DNA from: an uncultured Thermotogaceae bacterium
Lineage (GTDB): Bacteria > Thermotogota > Thermotogae > MWEM01
Reading direction: 5' to 3'
DNA length: 64,000 nucleotides
Assembly (NCBI GenBank): GCA_964462525.1
Contig: CAYWWY010000001.1
Span: 278,950 to 342,949 of the forward strand
Position 1 is the first letter of the stretch. Each line of letters begins with the position of its first letter. The translations under genes were made by a program, and so were the position numbers. Below are positions 1 through 9,139 of this stretch, piece by piece. A model generated the notes under the pieces. That model made no database searches, was not told the origin of the DNA, and was given only the letters and a program-made list of their open reading frames with translations.

Positions 1-271
1 CCGTTACGCTCACTCCAATAATATCTACCCAAGAATCTGCTTTCTGCTCCCGAATCTTATGAACAGTTATGCATAAAGCCTTCCAGTAATCGCGCGGATC
101 CTTTTCCGCCCACCCTACTTTCGGGCTATGGTACGGCACATAGGGATGATTGATCATGGAAACAATCGCTCCCGTAGGATCGATCAAAGCGGATCGCAAA
201 CTTTGTGTACCACAATCAATGACAAGAACCAAAGGGGTTCCAACGATGGACTTATCTTTCTTTACAGGCAT
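1..271 (-). CDS. FGGY-family carbohydrate kinase, N-terminal fragment (gene continues past window start)
   Basis: Absent from the ORF track because it runs off the window. The reverse complement from ATG at 271 reads MPVKKDKSIVGTPLVLVIDCGTQSLRSALIDPTGAIVSMINHPYVPYHSPKVGWAEKDPRDYWKALCITVHKIREQ... It shows the hhhhDxGTQSxR phosphate-1 motif and the GWxExDPxxxW block typical of FGGY sugar kinases. The start overlaps the upstream hydrolase stop by 10 nt. Confidence 0.6.
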   Translation of the reverse strand, partial: MPVKKDKSIVGTPLVLVIDCGTQSLRSALIDPTGAIVSMINHPYVPYHSPKVGWAEKDPRDYWKALCITVHKIREQKADSWVDIIGVSVT

Positions 272-1101
272 CTGCGAAACCAACCGATAATATCGTTTCT
301 CATCCGTTCCCCATATTCAGGATCAAAGAATACTTCATGAAAGGCCCCTTCATACAGAACTTTGGTTTTCTCTCCTTGAGATAATTGTTCAAAAAAAGAG
401 AGGGTACCTTCAATTGGAACTATTTGATCACTAGTGCCGTGAGAGACCATAATGGGAATTTGGAGGTTATCCACTTTTTCAAAGGCAATCGGAATATTTC
501 GACACAAGTCATTGGCCAAAGCCAAGGATATCCGATCATGCACCATTGGATCTTCTTCATATGCCCGAATGATGGAGGGGTTCCGAGAAATATCTTTCGA
601 TTGAAGGCCACTATTGACGGTAAGCAAAGGAACCAATGCCATCAACCACCGGAGCTGCTGGATCCGCCTTTTCTTTTCATCAGCCATCGAAAGTAAAGGG
701 CTACTTACCGACGCAGCATAGAATGATTTTTGGTTCTCTTGGAGGTATCGAATGCAAAGAAGCCCTCCCATACTGTGACCAAATAATCCGATTGGTGTCA
801 TAGGATGCTTTTCTTGGATCAATGAGACCATAGAATCGAGCAGTTGGAAAAAGAGGGGAAAACTCGCATAGCCTCGAATGCCTTCCGTTTTCCCATGACC
901 GTTCAAATCAGGCATATATGAAGAAAGCCCGTGCCGAGCCATCTCTTCTTTCAAAGCCTCATATCGCCCTTTATGCTCACCCAAACCATGAATCATCAAA
1001 ATGACTGCCTTCAATGGATCTCCAAGTGTTCGGTCATAAACAACTTTTCTTCTTCCCACTTTGATGGTACACTCTTCAGAATGGATAATTGGAAACGCCA
1101 T
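262..1101 (-). CDS. alpha/beta-fold hydrolase (lysophospholipase / monoacylglycerol-lipase-like)
   Basis: 279 aa. Oxyanion HG motif MIHGLGEH, nucleophile elbow GHSMGG, acid and His regions SHGTSDQIVP and GAFHEVF. A purine-rich SD lies upstream of ATG 1101. Confidence 0.8.
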   Translation of the reverse strand: MAFPIIHSEECTIKVGRRKVVYDRTLGDPLKAVILMIHGLGEHKGRYEALKEEMARHGLSSYMPDLNGHGKTEGIRGYASFPLFFQLLDSMVSLIQEKHPMTPIGLFGHSMGGLLCIRYLQENQKSFYAASVSSPLLSMADEKKRRIQQLRWLMALVPLLTVNSGLQSKDISRNPSIIRAYEEDPMVHDRISLALANDLCRNIPIAFEKVDNLQIPIMVSHGTSDQIVPIEGTLSFFEQLSQGEKTKVLYEGAFHEVFFDPEYGERMRNDIIGWFRRCL

Positions 1102-1139
1102 GAACGGATCATATCCTTTCCTTTGGTTATTGGGTGTAT

Positions 1140-1640
1140 TTATGATTGAAAAGAGTCATATTCTTTTTTTCTTCGGAACACATCTCGAATTACAATCACA
1201 AGAAGAACAGACGTTATTGCAAGACCCCCTTCTAATCCAAACCGATTCTGGAGCAACATGAATACAACAAATACAATTGGCATCCAAAAAAAAAGCATGA
1301 AAAGAAGCGTAAAAGCAGGGAATTGCTTGCGTCTATGGAAAAGAAGAATCTCAAGGGCACCAAAAAACGTAGAAGCCATCAACAGACTGATAAAAAGGAC
1401 TATATGTTCTTGGGTCCATTCAGAGCGAGTACCGAATACAAGAAGCAATAAGAGAGAGAAGAAGAGGGTTACGGTAACAAGTGTTATTGGCTGAGACCCT
1501 TGTTTTGCACGGCAAGAAGCAAGAAACGCGAAAATAATAGCTATTCCGGAAATACCGGAAAGCCAAAGAGGGTATTGAAAGACAAAAACCAAAAACAGGA
1601 TGAATATAACTCCGCCAGCAGCAATAGCAATCCGTATCAA
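1140..1640 (-). CDS. integral membrane protein, unknown function
   Basis: 166 aa with about five hydrophobic helices. TTG start lies 6 nt downstream of GGAGG. No recognisable motif. Confidence 0.5.
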   Translation of the reverse strand: MIRIAIAAGGVIFILFLVFVFQYPLWLSGISGIAIIFAFLASCRAKQGSQPITLVTVTLFFSLLLLLVFGTRSEWTQEHIVLFISLLMASTFFGALEILLFHRRKQFPAFTLLFMLFFWMPIVFVVFMLLQNRFGLEGGLAITSVLLVIVIRDVFRRKKEYDSFQS

Positions 1641-1690
1641 AATGATCCTCCAACCAGATTTGTTGGACCATTATACCATATTCCGTACGC

Positions 1691-2470
1691 TTAAAGGAGG
1701 ATTGTCTTTAGGCTTTCAACCAATATTTCAATCATCTTTCTTTCTCGAAAATTGACATCGTTTTCCAAATGGCTCAGTATTCCATCGAAATCTGTTTTAT
1801 ACTGCTGTAATGATCGTATTGTTTCCAGATAAGCGACCATCTGATCTATTTCTGATTGATCTGCGACATCCCCGTGACCACACACCAAGTGTTTAATTTT
1901 CTCCTTCTTCAACCGACGAAGAACATCCAACCAACGATTGATATCACTATCATAGACAATTTCTGGATGATACCCATGTACGACAAGATCCCCCACAATC
2001 CAAATTTGCTCTTTTGGCAACCAAACGATTGTCGAATCGGGTGTATGACCACCCACTCTTTCAATGTGAATGGTTCGGTTTCCGGAAATGTGAATATAAG
2101 ATTCCGGAAATGTAAAAGCGGGCGGAATAATGGTTATGGTTTCTTTTTTTAACAAAGCATTCCTATTGATCACATTGCGAATATAAGATTTGCTCATTTG
2201 AAAAAAGTAACTTTCAGTTGACTCTGAGCAAAGGATTTGCGATTGAAATCCTGCATTTCCGAAGGTGTGATCCGGATGATAGTGTGTATTAATAATAAGC
2301 TGGATCTCACTGTTCATTATCCTTTTCAGGTATGTTTTTATCTGTTCTGCTTTTGAAGGGAACAGAGATGAGTCAACAACCACAGTACCTTCATCAGTTG
2401 TAATGGATGTAACATTGGATCCTCCGTATGGATTATCATACACGATGATTCCCGGTGCAATTTCCTTCAA
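1691..2470 (-). CDS. MBL-fold metallo-hydrolase
   Basis: HxHxDH motif INTHYHPDHTFGN, followed by GGHTPDS and VCGHGD. The ORF track starts at ATG 2590, but codons 2-12 of that version are the intrinsic terminator of the upstream gene (2556..2586). I favour TTG 2470 (MKEIAPGIIVYDNP...), which is preceded by GGTGGAG and by a TATAAT box. Confidence 0.75.
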   Translation of the reverse strand: MKEIAPGIIVYDNPYGGSNVTSITTDEGTVVVDSSLFPSKAEQIKTYLKRIMNSEIQLIINTHYHPDHTFGNAGFQSQILCSESTESYFFQMSKSYIRNVINRNALLKKETITIIPPAFTFPESYIHISGNRTIHIERVGGHTPDSTIVWLPKEQIWIVGDLVVHGYHPEIVYDSDINRWLDVLRRLKKEKIKHLVCGHGDVADQSEIDQMVAYLETIRSLQQYKTDFDGILSHLENDVNFRERKMIEILVESLKTILL

Positions 2471-2555
2471 ATCAGCTCCACCATTTTTTGCAAGTTCAGG
2501 ATTATACCTAAAGTCCGTTCCTCTCCATTTTTCTGTGTAGAAGTACGGGTTCCCT

Positions 2556-2586
2556 AAAAAAAGCAGGCTTTCGCCTGCTTTTTTTT
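2556..2586 (-). terminator. rho-independent terminator of the Omp-alpha-like gene (symmetrical, could act in both directions)
   Basis: On the minus strand the sequence reads AAAAAAAAGCAGGC-GAAA-GCCTGCTTTTTTT: a 6-bp GC stem, a 4-nt loop and flanking A and T runs. It lies about 20 nt after the stop at 2605. Confidence 0.85.
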
Positions 2587-2604
2587 GCATTTACGACCAA
2601 TTAA

Positions 2605-3747
2605 TTACTCAGGATCAATCATTTTTGCTACTTCTTGCGCATACAGAAGCGCATAAACACCTATTCCAATTCCAACTGCTCCTGCGACAACCCCAACCCA
2701 TGAAACGATGGTGGGCATTTGGATTTGGGCTTCCAGATCTTGGTACATCGCATTCATCTTCAGGTTAAGATCCTGGATTTGCCGCGTGTTGTTGACAATG
2801 TCAGAGCTATTTTTGGATACTCGAGGCAAAATATCACTCTTAAACGCCTCATAATCTGCACTCACAGTCTGTAAACTCGTGGTATTCTTTTCCATTTGGG
2901 CATTAATGTTGGTCACTTGAAGGCGAACTGTAGAGAGAGAAGACTCGACAGTACCAACTCTGTTCGCTACATCAGAGAATTGCCTTTCAATGGGGGCAAA
3001 GTTGTCTCTCATACCGGTAAGCTCAACCCTCATATCGTTCACAGACCGACTCATATCCGAAACCTCTTTTTGAAGGGCTAAAACATTGACTCCACCTAAT
3101 AAGTTCTCCATGGAACGAACTCGAGAACTCAATTCTGATACATCTTGCGTGGCGCGCGTTTGAGATGTCTTTACCGTGGTTAGTTCCGATTCGAGGGAAC
3201 GGATTTTTCCGTCGAAATTGGATGTTTGTGACTGAAGCGTGGCAACAATCGATTTCATGTTTTCGACCTCGCTACGCGCAGAAGAAGCATCCCGTTCTAC
3301 CGAATTGATTCTGCCTTCTAAATTGGATACGGTTGTTCGAATTGTTGTTACTTCTTGGGTATTTACCCGTAAACTTTCCACCTGGTTGGCTAGGGTGTTG
3401 TAACGGCTCCCTAATGTTTCTACCGTCATAGCGACCGAATCAACAAGAGACTTCATACTTTGGAGCTGATTCAAAAATCCAGCAACGTCGTCTGCTTTCA
3501 AATACGGTAGGGAAGACTTCATGTACTCGATGGCTCGATACAAAGCCACAGCAAGTTGATATCGAGTGGACGATGTGTTGCCTTGAAAAGTACCATCGGG
3601 CATGCCTCCCAAAATCCCCGCTTCCAGAAGATACTTGACTCCTTCATAGGCCCAATGATTGGCCGGCACATCACTGAGCGGTAACTGACCTACTGCCATC
3701 CCCCCCAAAATAACGAATACTACAGCATAAAGCAGAACTCTTTTCAT
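2605..3747 (-). CDS. Omp-alpha-like envelope tether: signal peptide, SLH domain, long coiled coil, C-terminal transmembrane anchor
   Basis: 380 aa. N-terminal signal sequence MKRVLLYAVVFVILGG. SLH domain DVPANHWAYEGVKYLLEAGILGGMPDGTFQGNTSSTRYQLAVALYRA. About 270 aa follow that are Ser/Thr/Asn/Glu-rich with heptad-like periodicity. C-terminal hydrophobic helix IVSWVGVVAGAVGIGIGVYALLY. SD AAGGGGGA. Confidence 0.7.
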   Translation of the reverse strand: MKRVLLYAVVFVILGGMAVGQLPLSDVPANHWAYEGVKYLLEAGILGGMPDGTFQGNTSSTRYQLAVALYRAIEYMKSSLPYLKADDVAGFLNQLQSMKSLVDSVAMTVETLGSRYNTLANQVESLRVNTQEVTTIRTTVSNLEGRINSVERDASSARSEVENMKSIVATLQSQTSNFDGKIRSLESELTTVKTSQTRATQDVSELSSRVRSMENLLGGVNVLALQKEVSDMSRSVNDMRVELTGMRDNFAPIERQFSDVANRVGTVESSLSTVRLQVTNINAQMEKNTTSLQTVSADYEAFKSDILPRVSKNSSDIVNNTRQIQDLNLKMNAMYQDLEAQIQMPTIVSWVGVVAGAVGIGIGVYALLYAQEVAKMIDPE

Positions 3748-3827
3748 ACTCGAATTCCCCCTTTCTCGAGATTCACAAAATGGTCAATTCTTCCGAACAT
3801 GATTGGTCTTTTTTTTCATTTATTGAA

Positions 3828-4871
3828 TTATACCACAAAACCTTTGCTTACGTATGGAGAAGTCATCGCCCTCAATAATGCCCCGTAGCTCATTCGGAAC
3901 CATAGGATATCACCAACATTGAGTTTCTTTGTATACTCGGTGCAATCTAATAAGGTATGGTCACTACTCGCGTGCAGTACTTCGATGCCGTCTTCGATCG
4001 GCACCAATCCGCCTGGAGAAATGTCTTGCTCTCCCATGGCAAGAATCACGCGAATTCTTGTACCCCGATCTTCAAAAGTAGGCACTCTTCCAAAGGCATC
4101 TTGGCCAATCGTACCGATCGGAACAGATGGTTTTTCCTTCAGTTCGACCACTTGCGCGCCGATCATACAGGCATCCTGAGTCGTTCCCGGAACTGTGCGA
4201 TTTCGAGTCACATCTGTTCCTAAAATGATTGATTCCCCCAGTCGAAAGTGGTTCACTCCTTCAGGGAGCGTTCCGTCTTCGATTAATTTCAAAGCAGCTG
4301 TGTTTCCCGCTGATACTATGGGAAGGGCAAAGCGATTCGCAACTTCAACGGCTTTTTTCATGTTCACGGAATCAGGGAGGACCCCACCAAAGCAACCCAA
4401 GTTGATCCCAACACCAACCAAGCGATCATTTGCGACTTTCATGACTCTCATAATCTCGTCAGTTGCCGTGTCCATCCAAACTCCTTCACGCAGATCACCA
4501 ACATCGACCATATAAATCAGCTTTGGCTGCTTTCCTCCTGGTAACTGAATGATCTCTTTTACCGTACTTTCTTCTGAAACAAGAACATAGTCCAAATATC
4601 GATTCACATCTTCTAACTCTGATCCCATTGGAATACGCAACAACATCATCGGATGATCGATTCCGTTCTCCAGCAAATGGACAATGTTTTGAATCCTTGA
4701 ATCAGCGATCATTTGCATCCCAGCATGGATCATTTCTCGTGCAATTAATGGGTTCCCACACACAACTTTTGTCACACCAGCTACTTCTATTCCAGATTTT
4801 TGACAAAGCTGCTGTAGATATCTGGCATTTCCGTATATTTTGCTAAGATTAATCTCTAGTCTGGGATACAT
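3828..4871 (-). CDS. PLP-dependent amino-acid racemase, alanine-racemase fold (ornithine/lysine racemase-like)
   Basis: Alanine-racemase N-terminal TIM-barrel pattern with a candidate PLP lysine in AGVTKVVCGNP. The length and C-terminal beta domain fit the Orr/YhfX-type subfamily. I prefer start ATG 4871 (MYPRLEINLSKI) behind AAGAGGAA; the ORF track's start at 4895 is an alternative. Confidence 0.65.
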   Translation of the reverse strand: MYPRLEINLSKIYGNARYLQQLCQKSGIEVAGVTKVVCGNPLIAREMIHAGMQMIADSRIQNIVHLLENGIDHPMMLLRIPMGSELEDVNRYLDYVLVSEESTVKEIIQLPGGKQPKLIYMVDVGDLREGVWMDTATDEIMRVMKVANDRLVGVGINLGCFGGVLPDSVNMKKAVEVANRFALPIVSAGNTAALKLIEDGTLPEGVNHFRLGESIILGTDVTRNRTVPGTTQDACMIGAQVVELKEKPSVPIGTIGQDAFGRVPTFEDRGTRIRVILAMGEQDISPGGLVPIEDGIEVLHASSDHTLLDCTEYTKKLNVGDILWFRMSYGALLRAMTSPYVSKGFVV

Positions 4872-4896
4872 TGTATTAATTCCTCTTTTCATCATC

Positions 4897-6981
4897 CTAA
4901 ATCGACTGAATTCTGAGTTTCACCTTGAACTCAAATGAACCCATGGGCGCAAGCTCAAACTTCACAATAGGCGTAATGCTGGAGGCTTGATAAACCCGTT
5001 CAAAGCCGGATTCCGAATATGAAACCGTGTAGACAGGAAAGAACCAGAAAGCCATTTCCCGATCCGGTTGAAAAGAAATATCCACTCCTTCATATTCGCT
5101 TCGCGCACCAAAGAAATGTGCCTTTACGATTCCTGCTTCCCCTAGGGTTTTTCGTTCAAACTCTGGACAATAGAAGTATCTGTCGGATGTATTCGGAGCC
5201 ATTAAATTGATGTTGTATTCACTTCCAAAAGTAAGGGAAATTTTTTCTCCTGATTCATTGGAAATGCAATGATTCACAGAAAACCCATCATCCTCCATCT
5301 GGAAGATTTTTTCCACTTTAACAGGAAGCCACAGCGCACCAACCCAAACGTGCCCTTTTCTCCACATTTTGATTTCCCCTGTGTCCCTTCCCGTAATTTG
5401 GTATTGGTAGGGCTGGTTGACAAAATCCCCTTGCTCTGGATACCGACATTTAGAATATTTTTCCAAATCATGCCACTCTCCGAAAAAATGATCCAAAAGG
5501 GAAAATCGTTCATACCAATCATAGTGCAAATACTGTTCAAGCCCTTTTTCTTTGATCAACAATTCACCATCTTCGGCTTCATCCAACATCCTTGCTTTGG
5601 ACATGCGTTCATGGTAAGGCTCGTAGCGACGCGTCAGGGTGTTATTAAGATTTAGAGATCGATCTTTGACATCGATTTCAAAAATCCTCCCTCCTATGGA
5701 AGGAGAGATCCCTACTTGGTAGTTCTTGGTTTGAACAAGGATTTCCTTATTCCCATCTAAATCGATATCTTTTTCTAAAACCTCGATATGATGAGGTTCG
5801 ATGTTCTCATATTCATCGATCATTCTTTCTGCGTTTATTAAGTGAGAATAAACCGAATGCCTAAGGTTCGGAAGGTACAATCCCCCAAATACCCCATGCC
5901 AGTAAGCATCATTTGCTTGAGCCATCATAATTTCCTCAAGAATTTCTTCGGGCATGTTTTCGTTATACCTGTTGCGAACAAATAACATTTTTTTATGCAT
6001 AAGGTTGGCTTCTGAGTATTTCGTGAGGAATCCTCTCCAAAACCCTCCTTTCAAGAACATTCCAAAGCGTTCCCATGTACCCTGTGACTGCAATTCATGC
6101 TCCAAGCGTTCCAAATGGATACGAGCTCGGCTGGGTAATGACCACTTCATCATCTCCGAGTAAGAAGAATCAGGAAGATATACGCGCCCTTTGGGTTGGT
6201 ATTTTTTTATGTATTCTTGGAATGTTGAGGTTTTCAACCAGCTTTGATTTTGCACCAGCAAGTCAAAAAAACGGGCCAACCAACCTTCTTCGTACAAAAG
6301 CTTATGGGTACCAGGCCATAGTCCAAATTTTTCTCCATCATCAAACATAAGAAACATGTTATCGCCCATTTCCGTCGATCGATCCTTAAGAAACGCAATG
6401 GTTTCTTCCGGGGGGCGATGGGGAACAAGATAACGAAGACGTCTATTGATGGGGAAAGCTTTAATGGGGTACCCTTGTTCTTCTGTAATAAAATAACCAG
6501 TTAGTTCATCATCATAGTGACCAGCATTTCGGAAATGGGTATCGTCTAACACCGTGTACTCAATATTGCATTTCGCCAAAACTTTTGCTAGTTGCGGCTC
6601 CCATACGCGTTCAGCCAGCCAAACTCCTTTGGGGGATACAGAAAATGCCTTTTCCAGGTATTTGGTCTGCTTTTTGATCTGCTCACACCGGTCTTCTTCG
6701 GGGATTACCGTAAGGATCGGATCAAAAAACCCCCCAGTGAGAATCTCGACTTGCCCTGATTGAATCATGTTTTTGAGTTGATCCAAATATTCGGGATGGT
6801 TTTTTTGTAACCATTCCAAAAGAGATCCGGAATAATGCAGCGAAAGTTTTAGAACCGGGTATTTTTTCAGGACATCAATAAAGGGTTTGTAGGACTTTTG
6901 ATAGGCATCTTCTATGACAAATTCAAAATTGCCTACAGGTTGATGATTATGGATTCCCATCAAAAAATGGATTGTCCTCAT
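4897..6981 (-). CDS. GH57-family glycoside hydrolase (alpha-amylase / 4-alpha-glucanotransferase-type) with C-terminal extension
   Basis: All five GH57 conserved regions are visible: GIHNHQPVGNF, GQVEILTGG, WLAERVWEP (nucleophile Glu), MFDDGEKFGLWPG (acid/base Asp) and AQANDAYWHG. The start moves to ATG 6981 (MRTIHFLMG) behind GGGGAGG, which removes the overlap with the upstream RNase gene. Confidence 0.85.
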   Translation of the reverse strand: MRTIHFLMGIHNHQPVGNFEFVIEDAYQKSYKPFIDVLKKYPVLKLSLHYSGSLLEWLQKNHPEYLDQLKNMIQSGQVEILTGGFFDPILTVIPEEDRCEQIKKQTKYLEKAFSVSPKGVWLAERVWEPQLAKVLAKCNIEYTVLDDTHFRNAGHYDDELTGYFITEEQGYPIKAFPINRRLRYLVPHRPPEETIAFLKDRSTEMGDNMFLMFDDGEKFGLWPGTHKLLYEEGWLARFFDLLVQNQSWLKTSTFQEYIKKYQPKGRVYLPDSSYSEMMKWSLPSRARIHLERLEHELQSQGTWERFGMFLKGGFWRGFLTKYSEANLMHKKMLFVRNRYNENMPEEILEEIMMAQANDAYWHGVFGGLYLPNLRHSVYSHLINAERMIDEYENIEPHHIEVLEKDIDLDGNKEILVQTKNYQVGISPSIGGRIFEIDVKDRSLNLNNTLTRRYEPYHERMSKARMLDEAEDGELLIKEKGLEQYLHYDWYERFSLLDHFFGEWHDLEKYSKCRYPEQGDFVNQPYQYQITGRDTGEIKMWRKGHVWVGALWLPVKVEKIFQMEDDGFSVNHCISNESGEKISLTFGSEYNINLMAPNTSDRYFYCPEFERKTLGEAGIVKAHFFGARSEYEGVDISFQPDREMAFWFFPVYTVSYSESGFERVYQASSITPIVKFELAPMGSFEFKVKLRIQSI

Positions 6982-7006
6982 GGAAGTAACCTCCCCTTTC
7001 ATGTCC

Positions 7007-8491
7007 TCATTTTTTGAACTTGATATCATACCCATTCGGGTCCATTCGATTAAACTCGATTACAACTTTCTTTCCGCTTGTATTTTGCGCTCGATCCAAC
7101 CATTCTTTGCCCAAAAACCCAGAAAGATTGGGGTGTACTTTCAACTGAATTTCGAATATATGCTCCATAGAAGAGATTTGGACCATTTCGCGCTCAATCA
7201 TTTTCAATACTCTTTTGGGCGAAAGGACCAATCCTTCCCCATAGCAAATGGGGCACCGCTCGAATATCAGGTCCTGTAAAGGTGGGGATGTCCTTTTTCG
7301 TGTCATTTCCAACAATCCCAATTTAGTAAATCCAAGAATCGAAATTTTGGCTTTGTCCTTTTTTACTTCTTCTTCGAATATCTTCAACACTGTCAATTGA
7401 TCATTTTCCTCATCCATATCGATGAAGTCAATGATTATGATCCCGCTAAGGTTTCTCAAACGGATCTGGCGAGCTGCTTCTTTTGCTGCTTGAATGTTTG
7501 TTTCAAAAACCATATCCCGACTACATCGATTGTTAATATTCTTGGCTGAGTTGATGTCGATTATCGTTAACGCTTCTGTGCGATCGATAATTAAGGTTCC
7601 TCCACAATCCAGAGATACTTTTCGTGTATAGATCTGTTCGACTTGAGTATTTACACCGTGCTTTTCAAAGATATCTTCTTTGATGAACCGGAGTTTTCCT
7701 TTCACCGGCTTTTGATCAAACTTTTTAAGAATCCCTTCCAATACTTTATGTAGTTCGGAAGAGTTGGTTAGAACTTCATCTACACTGGTATCATATTTTT
7801 CTCGCATAATTTGTTCCAGAATCTCGGGTTCGGCGTATAACTCTTTTGGTTTTTTTGATCGAGCGAACCTTTTTTCAATTTCCGACCAGGTTTGCTTAAG
7901 TTGCTCTAATTCTTCGGCCAACACTGATAGATCCGCATTGCGCGCAACCGTCCGTACGATGACTCCTTCCTTTTTTGCGATAGAAGCAACAAAATCATGG
8001 AGCCGTTTGCGTTCTCCAGAATCATCGATTTTTCGGGAAACCCCAATAGTCCGCGAAAAAGGCATATAGACAAGTGACCTTCCAGCAATTCCCACATTGG
8101 TTGTTCCTTGAGGTCCTTTTGCGCCTAAAGAGTCTTTCTTAACCTGGATTATGAGCTTTTCCCCTTTTGAAATCTTTTCCATTTTGATGGTCTTTGTCTG
8201 ATTCTGATGATCTTTGTCATTTTTTCCAAAAGCGCAGTACATTAGGTCTCTTGCTCTTAGAAATACATTCTTTGATTTTCCGATATTCACAAATAGAGCA
8301 TCCAACCCCTGCACGATATTTTCAACACGCCCAAGATAAATATTCCCTGTGATGCTTTCGTTATCGATTTCCTCTAAATGCAGTTCCATGAGCTGTTGAC
8401 CTTCGAGCACGGCAATCAAAATCTCTTCATCAAACTCGCCAACAAGAATCCGCTTAAGGGTGGGATTGGAAGTTACAATGATACTCACCAC
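7007..8491 (-). CDS. rng: Rne/Rng-family ribonuclease (RNase G-like)
   Basis: S1 domain GNIYLGRVENIVQGLDALFVNIG. Catalytic-core blocks GGTLIIDRTEALTIIDINS and SGIIIIDFIDM, plus the Zn-link-like CPICYGEG. GTG start sits directly after an in-frame stop. Confidence 0.85.
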   Translation of the reverse strand: MVSIIVTSNPTLKRILVGEFDEEILIAVLEGQQLMELHLEEIDNESITGNIYLGRVENIVQGLDALFVNIGKSKNVFLRARDLMYCAFGKNDKDHQNQTKTIKMEKISKGEKLIIQVKKDSLGAKGPQGTTNVGIAGRSLVYMPFSRTIGVSRKIDDSGERKRLHDFVASIAKKEGVIVRTVARNADLSVLAEELEQLKQTWSEIEKRFARSKKPKELYAEPEILEQIMREKYDTSVDEVLTNSSELHKVLEGILKKFDQKPVKGKLRFIKEDIFEKHGVNTQVEQIYTRKVSLDCGGTLIIDRTEALTIIDINSAKNINNRCSRDMVFETNIQAAKEAARQIRLRNLSGIIIIDFIDMDEENDQLTVLKIFEEEVKKDKAKISILGFTKLGLLEMTRKRTSPPLQDLIFERCPICYGEGLVLSPKRVLKMIEREMVQISSMEHIFEIQLKVHPNLSGFLGKEWLDRAQNTSGKKVVIEFNRMDPNGYDIKFKK

Positions 8492-8520
8492 CTAAAAAAG
8501 AATAATGGTTCATTGGTACT

Positions 8521-9069
8521 CTACATGTCAAATTCGATCAATCCAATCCCTTTCGATTTTCTTCGGTAAATTAAATTTACTTCTTCCGTTTCCGCATTTT
8601 TAAAGACAAAAAAAGTATGGCCCAACATTTCCAATTGAAGCTTAGCTTCCTCTACCGACATCGGTTGAAGGAAAAAACGCTTGGTTTTTTCAACGTCCGT
8701 TTCTTCATCGGAATCTTCTTGAGATGGTGCAATCTGATTTGCAATATCTTCCCCTACCCCTTTCACCCCGGATTTATGGCGCACCATCCGTTTAGTCTTG
8801 AATTTGAGCAACTTTTTTTCCATCGAATCGACAACCGAATCAATCGACACATATGGGTCGTTGCTGTGTTCTTCAACCCGGATCACGCCTCCACGAACCT
8901 TTAGAGTAAACTCTACGATGTAATCGGCCCGTTCCTTTTCCATTTTTACATCTAGTTTTACATGGTCCCCTTCTGGAGCAACTCGATCCAATCGACTCAT
9001 TTTCTTTGATAAATACTCTTCCATCGCCTCGCTGCTTTCTACGCCTCGAGTAACCAATCGATATTCCAT
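8521..9069 (-). CDS. hpf: ribosome hibernation-promoting factor, long form
   Basis: 182 aa. The N-terminal part shows the S30AE/sigma-54-modulation fold pattern. An acidic linker follows, then the C-terminal dimerisation domain PMSVEEAKLQLEMLGHTFFVFKNAETEEVNLIYRRKSKGIGLIE. SD GAGGTGATC. Confidence 0.9.
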   Translation of the reverse strand: MEYRLVTRGVESSEAMEEYLSKKMSRLDRVAPEGDHVKLDVKMEKERADYIVEFTLKVRGGVIRVEEHSNDPYVSIDSVVDSMEKKLLKFKTKRMVRHKSGVKGVGEDIANQIAPSQEDSDEETDVEKTKRFFLQPMSVEEAKLQLEMLGHTFFVFKNAETEEVNLIYRRKSKGIGLIEFDM

Positions 9070-9139
9070 GTCCGATCACCTCACTATTTAATATGACGGA
9101 AAAGGCGACACTTGATTTTGGCTATATTTTACCACATCC

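Noticed and set aside
128-340. 70-aa plus-strand ORF at the window start.
   Set aside because: It is antisense to the FGGY kinase 5' end and the hydrolase 3' end, both of which have clear motifs. It has no SD.
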